DNA of 64,000 bases from a virus. Below the pieces are notes generated by a model. It saw only the letters and a program-made list of their open reading frames with translations. It was not told the origin of the DNA and ran no database searches. The stretch lies in IMG/VR virus record IMGVR_UViG_3300047312_000028, positions 112,326 to 176,325 of that record. One strand, written 5' to 3'. Position numbers and translations under genes: made by a program. This document shows positions 17,820-27,315 of the stretch, piece after piece. Every line of letters begins with the position of its first letter. Positions within the stretch are counted from its first letter, which is position 1.

Positions 17820-18488
17820 ATGAAACTATCAGAGAACACCCTATCCGTCATTAAGAACTTCGCCGCAATCAACGATTCTTTGTTTTTCAAAACAGGAAAC
17901 GTTCAACGCACAGTCTCTACACACAAGACGATTCTTGTGGAAGCTGTACTCGACGAAGTGTTCCCGGTTGACTTCGGTATTCACCAGTTGAACCAACTTC
18001 TATCAATCATGTCTCTCTCAAAAGATGGTGTTGAATTAGAAGTAAACGGACCGAATGCAATGTTGACTACACAAGTAGGTCGCAGTAAATTCACCTACCG
18101 TTGCTGTGATGAAACGATGATTAAGAATCCACCACCAAAGAACGTCGCGCTGCCTTCTCAAGATTGTTCGTTCCTGTTAACGGAATCGGACATGGAGTAC
18201 ATTCTCAAGGCCGCTAGTGTATTGAGCAGTCCAAACATTGCTGTGGTGAGAGAAGCTGATAAGCTTTTCATTAAGACCATGGACGCGCAAGACGATGCAG
18301 CACATATCCAAACGCTTGACATGGGTCCTGCAATTGGTCCTGCACAGACCTTCCTCTTTAAGACTGAGAACTGGAAAATGATGCCAGGTGATTATACCGT
18401 CACACTCTCAAGTAAAGGTGTGTCTCATTTCCAGAATAACGCCCGCAAAATCCAGTACTGGGTCGCTCTTGAACAGCGTTCCAGCTAA
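17820..18488 (+). CDS. gp45: sliding clamp gp45
   Basis: MKLSENTL..KNFA.IN, GDY.V.LS, YWVALE. Confidence 0.95.
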   Translation: MKLSENTLSVIKNFAAINDSLFFKTGNVQRTVSTHKTILVEAVLDEVFPVDFGIHQLNQLLSIMSLSKDGVELEVNGPNAMLTTQVGRSKFTYRCCDETMIKNPPPKNVALPSQDCSFLLTESDMEYILKAASVLSSPNIAVVREADKLFIKTMDAQDDAAHIQTLDMGPAIGPAQTFLFKTENWKMMPGDYTVTLSSKGVSHFQNNARKIQYWVALEQRSS

Positions 18489-18519
18489 CTGACAGTAGAT
18501 ATTCTAACAATACCGATTT

Positions 18520-18630
18520 GCACCCCGCTCTAGTAGCGGGGATTGCCAGGCGATTTCCCTGTTTCCCGGCGGTTCCACCCATTCCCGACACAAGATACAG
18601 TTTTTGATTGGAACCGCCGTTCTCCCGCCG
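18520..18630. other. GC-rich triple-hairpin intergenic element
   Basis: CCCCGCT/AGCGGGG, CAGG/CCTG and 11-bp CGGCGGTTCCA/TGGAACCGCCG stems. Confidence 0.55.
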
Positions 18631-18657
18631 TTTTATCGTCTTTATTATGAGGTCATT

Positions 18658-19593
18658 ATGTTGCAGCATATGCTATGGACAGAGAAGTATCGTCCGCACA
18701 AAGTTGAAGATTGTATCCTTCCAGATCGACTCAAACAACCATTCGCCGAATACGTCAAACTGAAGATGATTCCCAATCTTCTGTTGTCTGGTGGTGCAGG
18801 CACCGGAAAGACCACTATCGCCAAAGCGATGTGTCAAGAGATCGGGTGCGACTATTTGGTCATTAACGGATCAGATGAATCTGGCATCGACACGTTCAGA
18901 ACCAAGATCAAGAATTATGCCTCCTCTATGAGTCTGTCAGGTGGTCGTAAAGTCATTATCATCGACGAAGCAGATTACCTGAATCCAAACTCTACTCAGC
19001 CCGCCTTGCGTAATGCGATGGAAGAGTATGCAGGTAATTGTTCGTTCGTCTTCACCTGTAACTTTAAGAGTCGAATCATCGAACCATTACATTCACGATG
19101 CGCCGGGGTGGACTTCACCCTCAAAGCAAGTGAGAAGAAGCAGATGGCCGGGACGTTCTTTAAGCGAATCTGCGGCATCTTGAGAACTGAGAACGTTGAA
19201 TATGATGAAAAAGTAGTGGCCGAACTGCTTAAGAAATACTTCCCAGACTTTCGACGTGTGGTGAACGAACTTCAGCGATACTCGAAGTTCGGAAAGATCG
19301 ATGTAGGCCTTCTGGCGCACATTGGTGATATTGAAATCACCGAAGTGGTGAAGTATCTCAAAGAGAAAGATTTCAACTCACTGCGTAAGTGGGTCGCCTC
19401 ACGCGATGTGGAGCCTGCGGTGTTGTATCGCAAGCTGTATGACAACCTCTACGAAGTCCTGAAGAAGGAATCAATCCCACAGGTTGTATTATTGTTGGCA
19501 GACTACCAATACAAAGGTGCGTTCTGCGCGGACCAAGAGATCAACACCATGGCCTGTTTGACAGAGATCATGGTCAGTTGTGAATTTCTATAA
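18658..19593 (+). CDS. gp44: clamp loader large subunit gp44
   Basis: WTEKYRP, GGAGTGKTT, IIDEAD, SRC, PDFRR. Confidence 0.97.
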   Translation: MLQHMLWTEKYRPHKVEDCILPDRLKQPFAEYVKLKMIPNLLLSGGAGTGKTTIAKAMCQEIGCDYLVINGSDESGIDTFRTKIKNYASSMSLSGGRKVIIIDEADYLNPNSTQPALRNAMEEYAGNCSFVFTCNFKSRIIEPLHSRCAGVDFTLKASEKKQMAGTFFKRICGILRTENVEYDEKVVAELLKKYFPDFRRVVNELQRYSKFGKIDVGLLAHIGDIEITEVVKYLKEKDFNSLRKWVASRDVEPAVLYRKLYDNLYEVLKKESIPQVVLLLADYQYKGAFCADQEINTMACLTEIMVSCEFL

Positions 19594-19602
19594 GGAGTGT
19601 TC

Positions 19603-20298
19603 ATGGTATATGATAAGATGTTAGAAGCTTTGCAGTCGTGTTATAACCAACATGTGATGCCCACACACCCTGATTTCAAAACTGACCATGAAGAGGGGGT
19701 ATTGGAACGATTCACCCGAGTTGGGTTCTCGATTGTCACACGAGAAAAATATCCACCTAAATTTCAAGACTACGAAGAGTGGTTATATGCAGGCAGTCGA
19801 TTTATGCCTAATATGACAATCATGAGGCATCCTTTCGGTAAGAACCGTCCAACGGATCTTATTGTGGTAGAGCATGATAGGAGTTTTCTAATCGAGTGTA
19901 AGGGAACAAAGGAACGCTCCATACAGAGTGTACAATTTAACAGTTCGCTGCCTCATGAGGCCATCATTTATATCATGTCAACGATGGATCAAACTATGAT
20001 TATGAGAGGCGATCATATCATCACTCCGGCACAACGAGCACCTTGGTTAGAATATGAGAAAAAAGTGTTTGCGGTGGAGCCACCCAACCATGATATATTA
20101 GGCGGCCGACCGCGCCTGTTTTATTTTATCAAGCCAAATGAAGAATTTCTTGCCGAAGCTGCAAGCGCAGGATCAAAGAAAGTGTTTGACGAACTTCGTG
20201 GCATCACAGAACAAGCGCCTGCAACAATGTGCTATTATCAACCTCCATTCTCAATTGTAGATTTTTGCATGAGCTCCCAAGAACCAGATGATAACTGA
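19603..20298 (+). CDS. PD-(D/E)XK nuclease, restriction-endonuclease-like
   Basis: HEE...P.G..RPTDLIV...LIECK...FNSSLP. Confidence 0.6.
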   Translation: MVYDKMLEALQSCYNQHVMPTHPDFKTDHEEGVLERFTRVGFSIVTREKYPPKFQDYEEWLYAGSRFMPNMTIMRHPFGKNRPTDLIVVEHDRSFLIECKGTKERSIQSVQFNSSLPHEAIIYIMSTMDQTMIMRGDHIITPAQRAPWLEYEKKVFAVEPPNHDILGGRPRLFYFIKPNEEFLAEAASAGSKKVFDELRGITEQAPATMCYYQPPFSIVDFCMSSQEPDDN

Positions 20299-20785
20299 TG
20301 CCGTCATAGATCAAACGAGAAAGTACCGATACAGACTCTCCAGAGAGTGGGGAGTGATACGGGATTGGCAAGACGAAGCACATCCACATACAATTACATG
20401 GATCATGCTGAATCCGTCGACCGCTGATGCCGATAAAGATGACCCCACTATTCGACGTTGTATTACGTTCTCAGAGCGTTGGGGATACTCGAAACTCATT
20501 GTCGTGAATCTCTATGCTATGAGAGCGACGAATCCCCAACACTTACTCAAAGATCATGATCCTATTGGTCGTGAGAATAGAGGATATATACAAGAAGCAA
20601 TTCAATATAGTAGCACGGTTATGGCGGCCTGGGGTGCATTCAAGATGGGTGTGCCACAAGAACTCGTCCGGCTTTTACAAGACTGCAACCTGTGGTGTTT
20701 AGGAACAACCAAGAACGGGTCTCCAAAACATCCCCTCTATGTAAGTTCGATCACCGACCGCGAACGCTTTCAATTAACATTATGA
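20288..20785 (+). CDS. DUF1643-family protein
   Basis: YRY.L.R.W, IMLNPSTAD..DDPTIRRC, NLYA.RAT.P, AAWG, P.HPLY. Confidence 0.85.
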   Translation: MITDAVIDQTRKYRYRLSREWGVIRDWQDEAHPHTITWIMLNPSTADADKDDPTIRRCITFSERWGYSKLIVVNLYAMRATNPQHLLKDHDPIGRENRGYIQEAIQYSSTVMAAWGAFKMGVPQELVRLLQDCNLWCLGTTKNGSPKHPLYVSSITDRERFQLTL

Positions 20786-21399
20786 AACCAAAAAGAAGTT
20801 CTATTTCAGTGACAAAGGATGAAATCATCATTCATTGGGGTGAATTTCTAATGAATCACAAAGGGAGAAGGGATGATTTGTTTGGTAGATGTTTCGCTTG
20901 TGATTTCAAAACAGAACATCTAGATAGAGCGCACATCATGCCAGTTATGGAAGGCGGTAGTAACAAGGTCGATAATCTTCACTGTTTGTGTAAAATATGT
21001 CATCTTGAAAGTGAATTACTATACGGGGATCAGTATTTTAGATGGTTCAAATCCATGAGTCCGGAGAAACGAAGAGCTATAGAGTTTTTGAAATATGGAG
21101 ATGACTCTATCAATAGTAAGTTTATTTCAATGATTAAAAAACCACATCATATAGATGTGGCAGAAGCTTCTCACCAAAGATCCTTAAGTAGAAAATTAAA
21201 CATCACAAAAAATATGCAATCTTCTGACAATATGGGAAGGCCTTCCCGAGATTTTACTCCAGAAGAAATACAAACCATATTAACTGAAAGAAAGAATGGT
21301 ATTGGGATAAAGGTTCTAGCAAAGAAATATAGCATAGGAATAGGTACCATATATAGAATTTTAACCCAACCAATTCAATCAACACATGAACCCCTTTGA
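20782..21399 (+). CDS. HNH endonuclease with C-terminal HTH
   Basis: CFAC...RAHI.P..GGSN..DNLHCLC..CH; GRP...GIKVLAKKYSIGIGTIYRIL; AT-rich. Confidence 0.75.
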   Translation: MKPKRSSISVTKDEIIIHWGEFLMNHKGRRDDLFGRCFACDFKTEHLDRAHIMPVMEGGSNKVDNLHCLCKICHLESELLYGDQYFRWFKSMSPEKRRAIEFLKYGDDSINSKFISMIKKPHHIDVAEASHQRSLSRKLNITKNMQSSDNMGRPSRDFTPEEIQTILTERKNGIGIKVLAKKYSIGIGTIYRILTQPIQSTHEPL

Positions 21400-21769
21400 T
21401 TACGTCAAAAACATCCAACACACCAAAGAAAATCTCATGGCTGACCCTCAGTCAGAGAAAGAGTATCAGCCGTTCCTTATCAACAAGACACTCTCCTATG
21501 AGATGGATTGTTTGATGCAGGCGAACGAGATGAACCAGCGGCATCACCTCGACAAAAAGCTTCAATACCACTATCTTATAAATATCATTCGCGCACGTAA
21601 GCGACCTTTTCATAAGTGGATTAAGCCTGAGACCAGTGAAGTGATAGACGCAATCAAGCTCTTTTTTGATTGCTCGGACCAAAAAGCGCAGGAAGCTCTC
21701 AGAATACTTTCCACCGAAGAGATCGAACTCATTCAACAGAAGACGATTAAAGGTGGTATTGTAAAATGA
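21386..21769 (+). CDS. gp62: clamp loader small subunit gp62
   Basis: PFDY, Y.PFLINK.LS, ANEMN, LQY.YL. Confidence 0.93.
   Translation: MNPFDYVKNIQHTKENLMADPQSEKEYQPFLINKTLSYEMDCLMQANEMNQRHHLDKKLQYHYLINIIRARKRPFHKWIKPETSEVIDAIKLFFDCSDQKAQEALRILSTEEIELIQQKTIKGGIVK
21577..21584 (+). promoter_or_regulatory. T4-type late promoter inside gp62, upstream of regA
   Basis: TATAAATA. Confidence 0.45.
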
Positions 21770-22176
21770 TTGATCTATCTACATTCGCTGAGGTATCCCT
21801 CAAATCACCAGATGACTTCTTGAAAGTACGCGAAACGCTTAGCCGCATTGGTGTAGCGTCACGCAAAGACAAGATTCTCTACCAGTCTTGTCATATTCTA
21901 CACAAGCGCGGCAAGTATTATATTTGCCACTTCAAAGAACTCTTCGCCCTCGATGGAAAACTCACCGATATCTCTTCAAACGACTATGCACGCCGAAATG
22001 CGATTGCACGATTGTTGGAAGAATGGGGCCTGGTGACCATTATCAATCCAAGTGTACTTGGTGAAGTTGCACCATTACACCAAATCAAAATCATTACCCA
22101 TAAAGAAAAACACGAATGGCAATTGATTACTAAATACACAATTGGAAAGAAAAGAATCGAAGAACAAAAACAGTAA
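21766..22176 (+). CDS. regA: translational repressor RegA
   Basis: PDDFLKVRETLSRIG, LYQSCHILHK.GKYYI.HFKELF.LDG. Confidence 0.97.
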   Translation: MIDLSTFAEVSLKSPDDFLKVRETLSRIGVASRKDKILYQSCHILHKRGKYYICHFKELFALDGKLTDISSNDYARRNAIARLLEEWGLVTIINPSVLGEVAPLHQIKIITHKEKHEWQLITKYTIGKKRIEEQKQ

Positions 22177-22197
22177 CGAATTGGTAATGAAAAATAA

Positions 22198-22332
22198 ATT
22201 TCCTAAAAGGTTCAGATTTGGGAAAATGATGACATATATACTCTTATCCGGACCTCTTAAGAATCCTAAATCATTCCTAATGAGTCTTACGACGAACGAG
22301 CAGAGCGAGTGAGGAGTAAACGCCGAAGGCGT
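22198..22332 (+). other. candidate replication origin / ssDNA hairpin element
   Basis: AT-rich tract with 3x TCCTAA; 33-nt hairpin with three tandem GA/AG pairs (22287-22319); CGAAG mini-hairpin (22320-22332). Confidence 0.45.
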
Positions 22333-22346
22333 CAATAAGGAACCTA

Positions 22347-22622
22347 TTGCCTCTTCATCATATCATTCCAAAACACGAGTGGATGGAACGATTTGGAACT
22401 CTTCAGGGAGTAAATGCACCTGACAATACCGTTATTCTCACTCTCCACCAACACGCTGAAGTGCATTTGTTATTGTATGAATTGAATCATAATGAAAACG
22501 ATTTCATTGCTCATAAAGCAATTGTCGGAATGCTCTTGAAAAGATATCGAGCACAAAAGCGTCACAAACCTCGACCCAAGAAACGCAAACCCCGCAATCG
22601 ATATAGAAGATGGTCACTATGA
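22347..22622 (+). CDS. short HNH-endonuclease-like protein (possibly truncated)
   Basis: HHIIPKH...N.V.LT..QHA.VH; TTG start. Confidence 0.65.
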   Translation: MPLHHIIPKHEWMERFGTLQGVNAPDNTVILTLHQHAEVHLLLYELNHNENDFIAHKAIVGMLLKRYRAQKRHKPRPKKRKPRNRYRRWSL

Positions 22623-22921
22623 ACAATCATATTCACACCTCAGGTTACATGAGAATTATTTGTGGCACCTGTGGCGAACCTATGAACTACACCATTGGTT
22701 ATATTAACGGCATGGGTGTATGTCTGTATTGTTACGATCTTCATAGGATTAGCAAAAACACCATGGAGCTTCCTATCAAAAATCTTCGCAGTCGTAAACT
22801 ACCAGAGAAGCCACAACCAATCAAATGTGAATTGAGCACAGGCGTTATAGGATTAACTAACCCAAATGCGAACACTTTTACGGTTCCTACCTTACATTCA
22901 CAATGGCTGGGTAAACCCTAG
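22610..22921 (+). CDS. hypothetical Zn-finger protein
   Basis: CGTC...CLYC. Confidence 0.45.
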   Translation: MVTMNNHIHTSGYMRIICGTCGEPMNYTIGYINGMGVCLYCYDLHRISKNTMELPIKNLRSRKLPEKPQPIKCELSTGVIGLTNPNANTFTVPTLHSQWLGKP

Positions 22922-23456
22922 TCACCTCGTTATCATTAAGCATCCTGAATATGGATTCGGACGCTATCATGATGCCGATACCACCATGCTGTTCGCTATG
23001 TTTCAGATATTGGTAGACTTCGTGGAGATTGAGTGTGGTTCGATCTGTGGTCCATATCGATTTGAAACTCGTCTGCAAAAGATTCACCGAGTCATTACCA
23101 ATCTACCATTGCTGCATTGGTTGCTTCCTCCGGTGAGAAATAAGCGCCGTGGATTGCATCATTTGCGTTGGGCGATGAAGTTGCAAGACTCACCGAGCCA
23201 AGCCGCGCACGCCAAGGATGTGTTCGCGTTATATAGATTCTGGACGAAGCAACGACCGAATCGTAAGGGTCCTTGGGATTGGGCAGAGACATTTGAAGAG
23301 ATCAAGCGCATACCAAATACTGAAGGCCTTCTTAGTTTCTCACCTGAGTATAGTGCTCGACTTGATGAAGCAAATGAACTAGAAGAACTCTACCACCAAG
23401 AAGACGAAGCGGCGCTTCTGCTTCTAGTTAAGATAAGGAGAGGATTATGGACCTAA
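22866..23456 (+). CDS. hypothetical phage protein
   Basis: long ORF; D.D..ML.A.FQILVDFVE.E ... L.KIR.GLWT pattern. Confidence 0.6.
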   Translation: MRTLLRFLPYIHNGWVNPSHLVIIKHPEYGFGRYHDADTTMLFAMFQILVDFVEIECGSICGPYRFETRLQKIHRVITNLPLLHWLLPPVRNKRRGLHHLRWAMKLQDSPSQAAHAKDVFALYRFWTKQRPNRKGPWDWAETFEEIKRIPNTEGLLSFSPEYSARLDEANELEELYHQEDEAALLLLVKIRRGLWT

Positions 23457-23938
23457 ATCAACAGCTTACACCTCATTTCACACTACGAGAACTCACACGT
23501 TCCGATACAGCGGTTCGATTGGGAATTGACAACACTCCTAACGAAGTGTATTTGAAGAATTTGATTATCGTATGTGAGAACGTCTTAGAACCAGTTCGAG
23601 CACACTTCGGTCCTGTTCGAGTGAATTCTGGATTTAGGGCCCTTGCAGTCAATATGGCAGTCAATCCTATGACGGCGACTGTCACGACGGTAAGTAAACA
23701 TTGCACAGGTCAAGCGGCAGACTTTGAAGTAATTGGTGTGTCAAATGTTACACTCGCTGAGTGGTGCCGAGATAACCTACCAGACTACGATCAGATCATT
23801 CTTGAATTCTATACACCAGGCGATCCAAACTCTGGTTGGGTACATGTTAGTTTTGTTGCAGGTGTCAATCGAAAACAATTACTTACGGCCGTGACAGAGA
23901 ACAAGAAGACGGTCTACAAGCAAGGATTGATAGCATGA
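23447..23938 (+). CDS. peptidase M15 (Zn D-Ala-D-Ala peptidase fold), probable endolysin
   Basis: SGFR, SKH..GQAADF, WVHVS. Confidence 0.87.
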   Translation: MDLNQQLTPHFTLRELTRSDTAVRLGIDNTPNEVYLKNLIIVCENVLEPVRAHFGPVRVNSGFRALAVNMAVNPMTATVTTVSKHCTGQAADFEVIGVSNVTLAEWCRDNLPDYDQIILEFYTPGDPNSGWVHVSFVAGVNRKQLLTAVTENKKTVYKQGLIA

Positions 23939-24312
23939 ATCGTGAACAAGCGATGGTACAGGGATTTCATGAAACATTCGACATTGCCCGTGGTGTACGG
24001 CCCGACCACGTTAATGACGAAACGAAGACGCTTCGCATTCGATTGATTCAAGAAGAGTTTGATGAAGTTAAAGAAGCGATGGGTCTTGAAAGTCTTGCTG
24101 ATATCGCTAAAGAGATGGCAGATTTGTTGTATGTGATTTATGGTACGGCTATCTCCTATGGCATCGATATGGAGCCTGTGTTTCTTGAAGTGCACCGCTC
24201 GAATATGAGCAAAGTGGGTGGTCATAAACGTGAAGATGGAAAGTGGGTGAAACCGGCGACCTACTCTCCGGCAAACATTACGCCGATCATTGTGAGTCAA
24301 CAGTCCATATAG
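23935..24312 (+). CDS. MazG/PRA-PH-like nucleoside triphosphate pyrophosphohydrolase
   Basis: LIQEEFDE, KEMADLLYV, EVHRSNMSK, REDGK..KP. Confidence 0.88.
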   Translation: MNREQAMVQGFHETFDIARGVRPDHVNDETKTLRIRLIQEEFDEVKEAMGLESLADIAKEMADLLYVIYGTAISYGIDMEPVFLEVHRSNMSKVGGHKREDGKWVKPATYSPANITPIIVSQQSI

Positions 24313-24323
24313 GAGGTTTTATT

Positions 24324-24653
24324 ATGTCAGATGTTCGTTTAGTGGTTTTGAACAACGGGTTACAGTTAGTCGGTGTGTTTGAAGGAAAGGACGAGGAGAG
24401 TCATTCGATTAAGTTGAGCAGTCCGGTACAGCTTATCATCATCCCTCAGGGACAGGATGCAGCAGGAAAAGGTAACCAAGTTGGTATGGCATTCGCTCCG
24501 TTTTTGCAATACACTGAAGAATGGAAATCTGGTTTGAAGTTTGTGGTCAGTGATGTACTCACAGTCGCTACTCCGGTACGCGATCTTGTGAACTCCTATC
24601 AGCAATCGTTCGGTACAGGTCTCGTGTTGCCACCTGGCGTTGGGTCGTTATAA
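24324..24653 (+). CDS. Sm-like fold hypothetical protein
   Basis: AGGAGG SD; L.NG..LVG ... PF ... L.N.Y...FGTGLVLP. Confidence 0.6.
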   Translation: MSDVRLVVLNNGLQLVGVFEGKDEESHSIKLSSPVQLIIIPQGQDAAGKGNQVGMAFAPFLQYTEEWKSGLKFVVSDVLTVATPVRDLVNSYQQSFGTGLVLPPGVGSL

Positions 24654-24656
24654 TCC

Positions 24657-24685
24657 TTTACTTTTGTGATGTGAACTGATATAAT
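24657..24685 (+). promoter_or_regulatory. sigma70-type promoter for gp43
   Basis: TTTACT-N17-TATAAT. Confidence 0.7.
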
Positions 24686-24690
24686 ACACA

Positions 24691-27315
24691 ATGAGATTTT
24701 ACACCAACGTTGCCTGCCAAGGTAACTATATTTACTATCGTGGTATCGATGAAGGACGGAGAGTACGCCTGAAGATGGAGTACTCTCCGACTTTGTTTAT
24801 GCCTTCAAACGCTCCAACTATTAAGGGTCGTGAATACTGGAAAAACTTACAAGGTGAGATTGTTGATGCAAAAGAATTCAACAGTATCACTGAGGCGCGT
24901 GAGTTTATCAAGTCGTATGAAGATGTTGAAGGGTTTACGATCTACGGTAACTCAAAGTTTGAATACTCATTCATAGCTGACCAGCATCCAGAAGAATTGA
25001 TGGAGTGGCAAGCGGAACAAATTGTGACCGCATTCATCGATATCGAAGTCGGCACAGAACATGGCATGCCCGATATCAACCTCTGCAACAATCCCATCAC
25101 GGCTATTACTGTCAAGCTCTCCAACGATCCAAAGTATTATGCGTTTGGGTGTAAAGATTACACACCCCACCGCCCAGATATACATTGGAACAGAGCGATC
25201 AACGAAGTGGATCTATTGAACTCTTTCTTGAGTTTCTGGAATGACAAAGCGCCTGATGTGGTCACAGGATGGAACGTCAAGACGTTCGATATTCCATACC
25301 TTGTGGGACGTATGGTAGGCCTACCTGAGTTTGGTGAAGATAAAGCACGATGGTTGTCACCGTGGGGACGAGTCAATCGACGTGAAGAGACCTTCTATAA
25401 CAAGCCACAATCAGTCTACCAGTTGCTTGGTATCTCTATTCTCGACTACATGCAGTTATTCAGAAAGTATGCTCCGAATGCCGCACAGGAAAGCTATAAG
25501 CTCGACCATATCGCTCACGTTGAACTGAAAGAGCGCAAGACCGACTACTCTGAATATGAGACACTCCACAACCTCTATCGTGATAACTACCAGAAGTTTA
25601 TTGAGTACAACATTCATGACGTAGAACTGGTACAGAAGTTAGATGATAAGGGTAAGTTGATTTCTATGGCGTTCACACTCGCCTATGACAACAAGACAAA
25701 CTATGAAGATTGTTTCTCTCAGGTGCGCATGTGGGACGCGATCTGCTACAATCATTTGAGACGTAAGGGTATCGTTATACCTCCCAAGAAGCATACCAGT
25801 AAAGATCAAGCGTATGAAGGCGCGTATGTGAAAGACCCGCAGCTTGGGTTGCATGAATACATTTGTTCACTCGACTTGAACAGTTTGTATCCTCACCTCA
25901 TGATGCAATACAACATGTCACCCGAGACGATCATTGATCCGAAGCATTACACAGATGCGCATAGAAAGATTCTTCAAGATGGCGTCAACGTCAACAATCT
26001 CTTGTATAAAAAGATCGACCTGAGTTTTCTTGGCGATTCGACTATCACACCTAATGGACAGTTCTTCACCAAGATGCAATATGGTTTCTTACCAGAGATC
26101 ATGCAGAAGATGTACAACGACCGAGTGGTCTACAAGAAGAAGCAGATTGCAGCACAAAAAGAAAAAGAGCAATGCACCGATCCTGTGCGCAAGAAAGAGC
26201 TTGAAGCGATTATCTCACGATATAAAAATCTTCAGCTTGCAAAGAAGGTCGGTCTGAACTCTGCATATGGTGCCATGGGGAATGAGTACTTCAGGTTCTT
26301 TGATGTTCGAGTCGCAGAAGGTATCACGCTTGCCGGTCAATTGAGTATTCGTTGGATTGAAAACAAACTCAACGAATTTATGAATAAGCTGTTGTCAAGC
26401 ACCAACGTTGATTATGTGCTGGCAAGCGATACCGACTCGGTCTATCTGAATCTAGGACCTCTGGTCAAGAAGGTGTACAAAGATACCAGCAACACGGCAA
26501 AGATCATCGAATTCATGGATAAGGTATGCCAACAGAAGTTGCAACCATTCATTGATACGAGTTACCAAGAACTCGCTGATTACACAAATGCCTATGAACA
26601 GAAGATGCAGATGAAGCGAGAATCTTTGGTGGATAAAGCGATCTGGACAGCCAAGAAACGCTATATACTGAATGTCTGGGATCTTGAAGGTGTGAGATAC
26701 AAAGAACCTGAATTGAAGATCCAGGGGTTGGAAGCAATCAAGTCTTCAACACCGAGCGCCTGCCGAGATAAGATCAAAGAGGCGATCAAAATTATCATCA
26801 CAGGCACTGAAGATCAGTTGATAGCATACATCGGTAAGTTCAGAGAAGAATTCAAAGCATTACCGATTTCTGATATCGCATTCCCACGAGGGATGAACGG
26901 GCTAGGCAAATATACAAACAAAGATGGCAAGCAGAAGTGGGAGACCTCTACGTTTATGTCGTTCGATGCCGGTGCGCCGAAACTCAGCAGTGCCATCTAT
27001 ATTAGCGGCACTCCCATTCATGTGAAGGGTGCATTGGTATACAATCACTTCTTGAAAGAGATGAAGCTTGATAAGAATTATGAGACGATTCGAGAGGGTG
27101 AAAAAATCAAGTTCGTACATCTGAAACCCCATAACCAGTTTGGTGAATCGGTCATGTCCTTCATTGGACGTATACCGAAAGAATTTAAGCTCGAAACGTG
27201 TGTGGATTATGATATGCAGTTTGAAAAGAGCTTTGTTGAGCCGCTAAATATCATATTATCTTGCATAGGATGGCACTCAGAAAAAACATCTACATTGGAG
27301 GATTTCTTCGGATGA
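24691..27315 (+). CDS. gp43: family B DNA polymerase gp43
   Basis: DIE exonuclease motif, DLNSLYP, K..LNSAYG, SDTDS, KKRY, C-terminal PIP-like LEDFFG. Confidence 0.98.
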   Translation: MRFYTNVACQGNYIYYRGIDEGRRVRLKMEYSPTLFMPSNAPTIKGREYWKNLQGEIVDAKEFNSITEAREFIKSYEDVEGFTIYGNSKFEYSFIADQHPEELMEWQAEQIVTAFIDIEVGTEHGMPDINLCNNPITAITVKLSNDPKYYAFGCKDYTPHRPDIHWNRAINEVDLLNSFLSFWNDKAPDVVTGWNVKTFDIPYLVGRMVGLPEFGEDKARWLSPWGRVNRREETFYNKPQSVYQLLGISILDYMQLFRKYAPNAAQESYKLDHIAHVELKERKTDYSEYETLHNLYRDNYQKFIEYNIHDVELVQKLDDKGKLISMAFTLAYDNKTNYEDCFSQVRMWDAICYNHLRRKGIVIPPKKHTSKDQAYEGAYVKDPQLGLHEYICSLDLNSLYPHLMMQYNMSPETIIDPKHYTDAHRKILQDGVNVNNLLYKKIDLSFLGDSTITPNGQFFTKMQYGFLPEIMQKMYNDRVVYKKKQIAAQKEKEQCTDPVRKKELEAIISRYKNLQLAKKVGLNSAYGAMGNEYFRFFDVRVAEGITLAGQLSIRWIENKLNEFMNKLLSSTNVDYVLASDTDSVYLNLGPLVKKVYKDTSNTAKIIEFMDKVCQQKLQPFIDTSYQELADYTNAYEQKMQMKRESLVDKAIWTAKKRYILNVWDLEGVRYKEPELKIQGLEAIKSSTPSACRDKIKEAIKIIITGTEDQLIAYIGKFREEFKALPISDIAFPRGMNGLGKYTNKDGKQKWETSTFMSFDAGAPKLSSAIYISGTPIHVKGALVYNHFLKEMKLDKNYETIREGEKIKFVHLKPHNQFGESVMSFIGRIPKEFKLETCVDYDMQFEKSFVEPLNIILSCIGWHSEKTSTLEDFFG

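Noticed and set aside
18489-18657. Cobalamin riboswitch on the minus strand (AGGGAA...GGTGCAAATC)
   Set aside because: Motif spacing is wrong, the B12 box (GCxACTG) is missing and there is no downstream minus-strand gene
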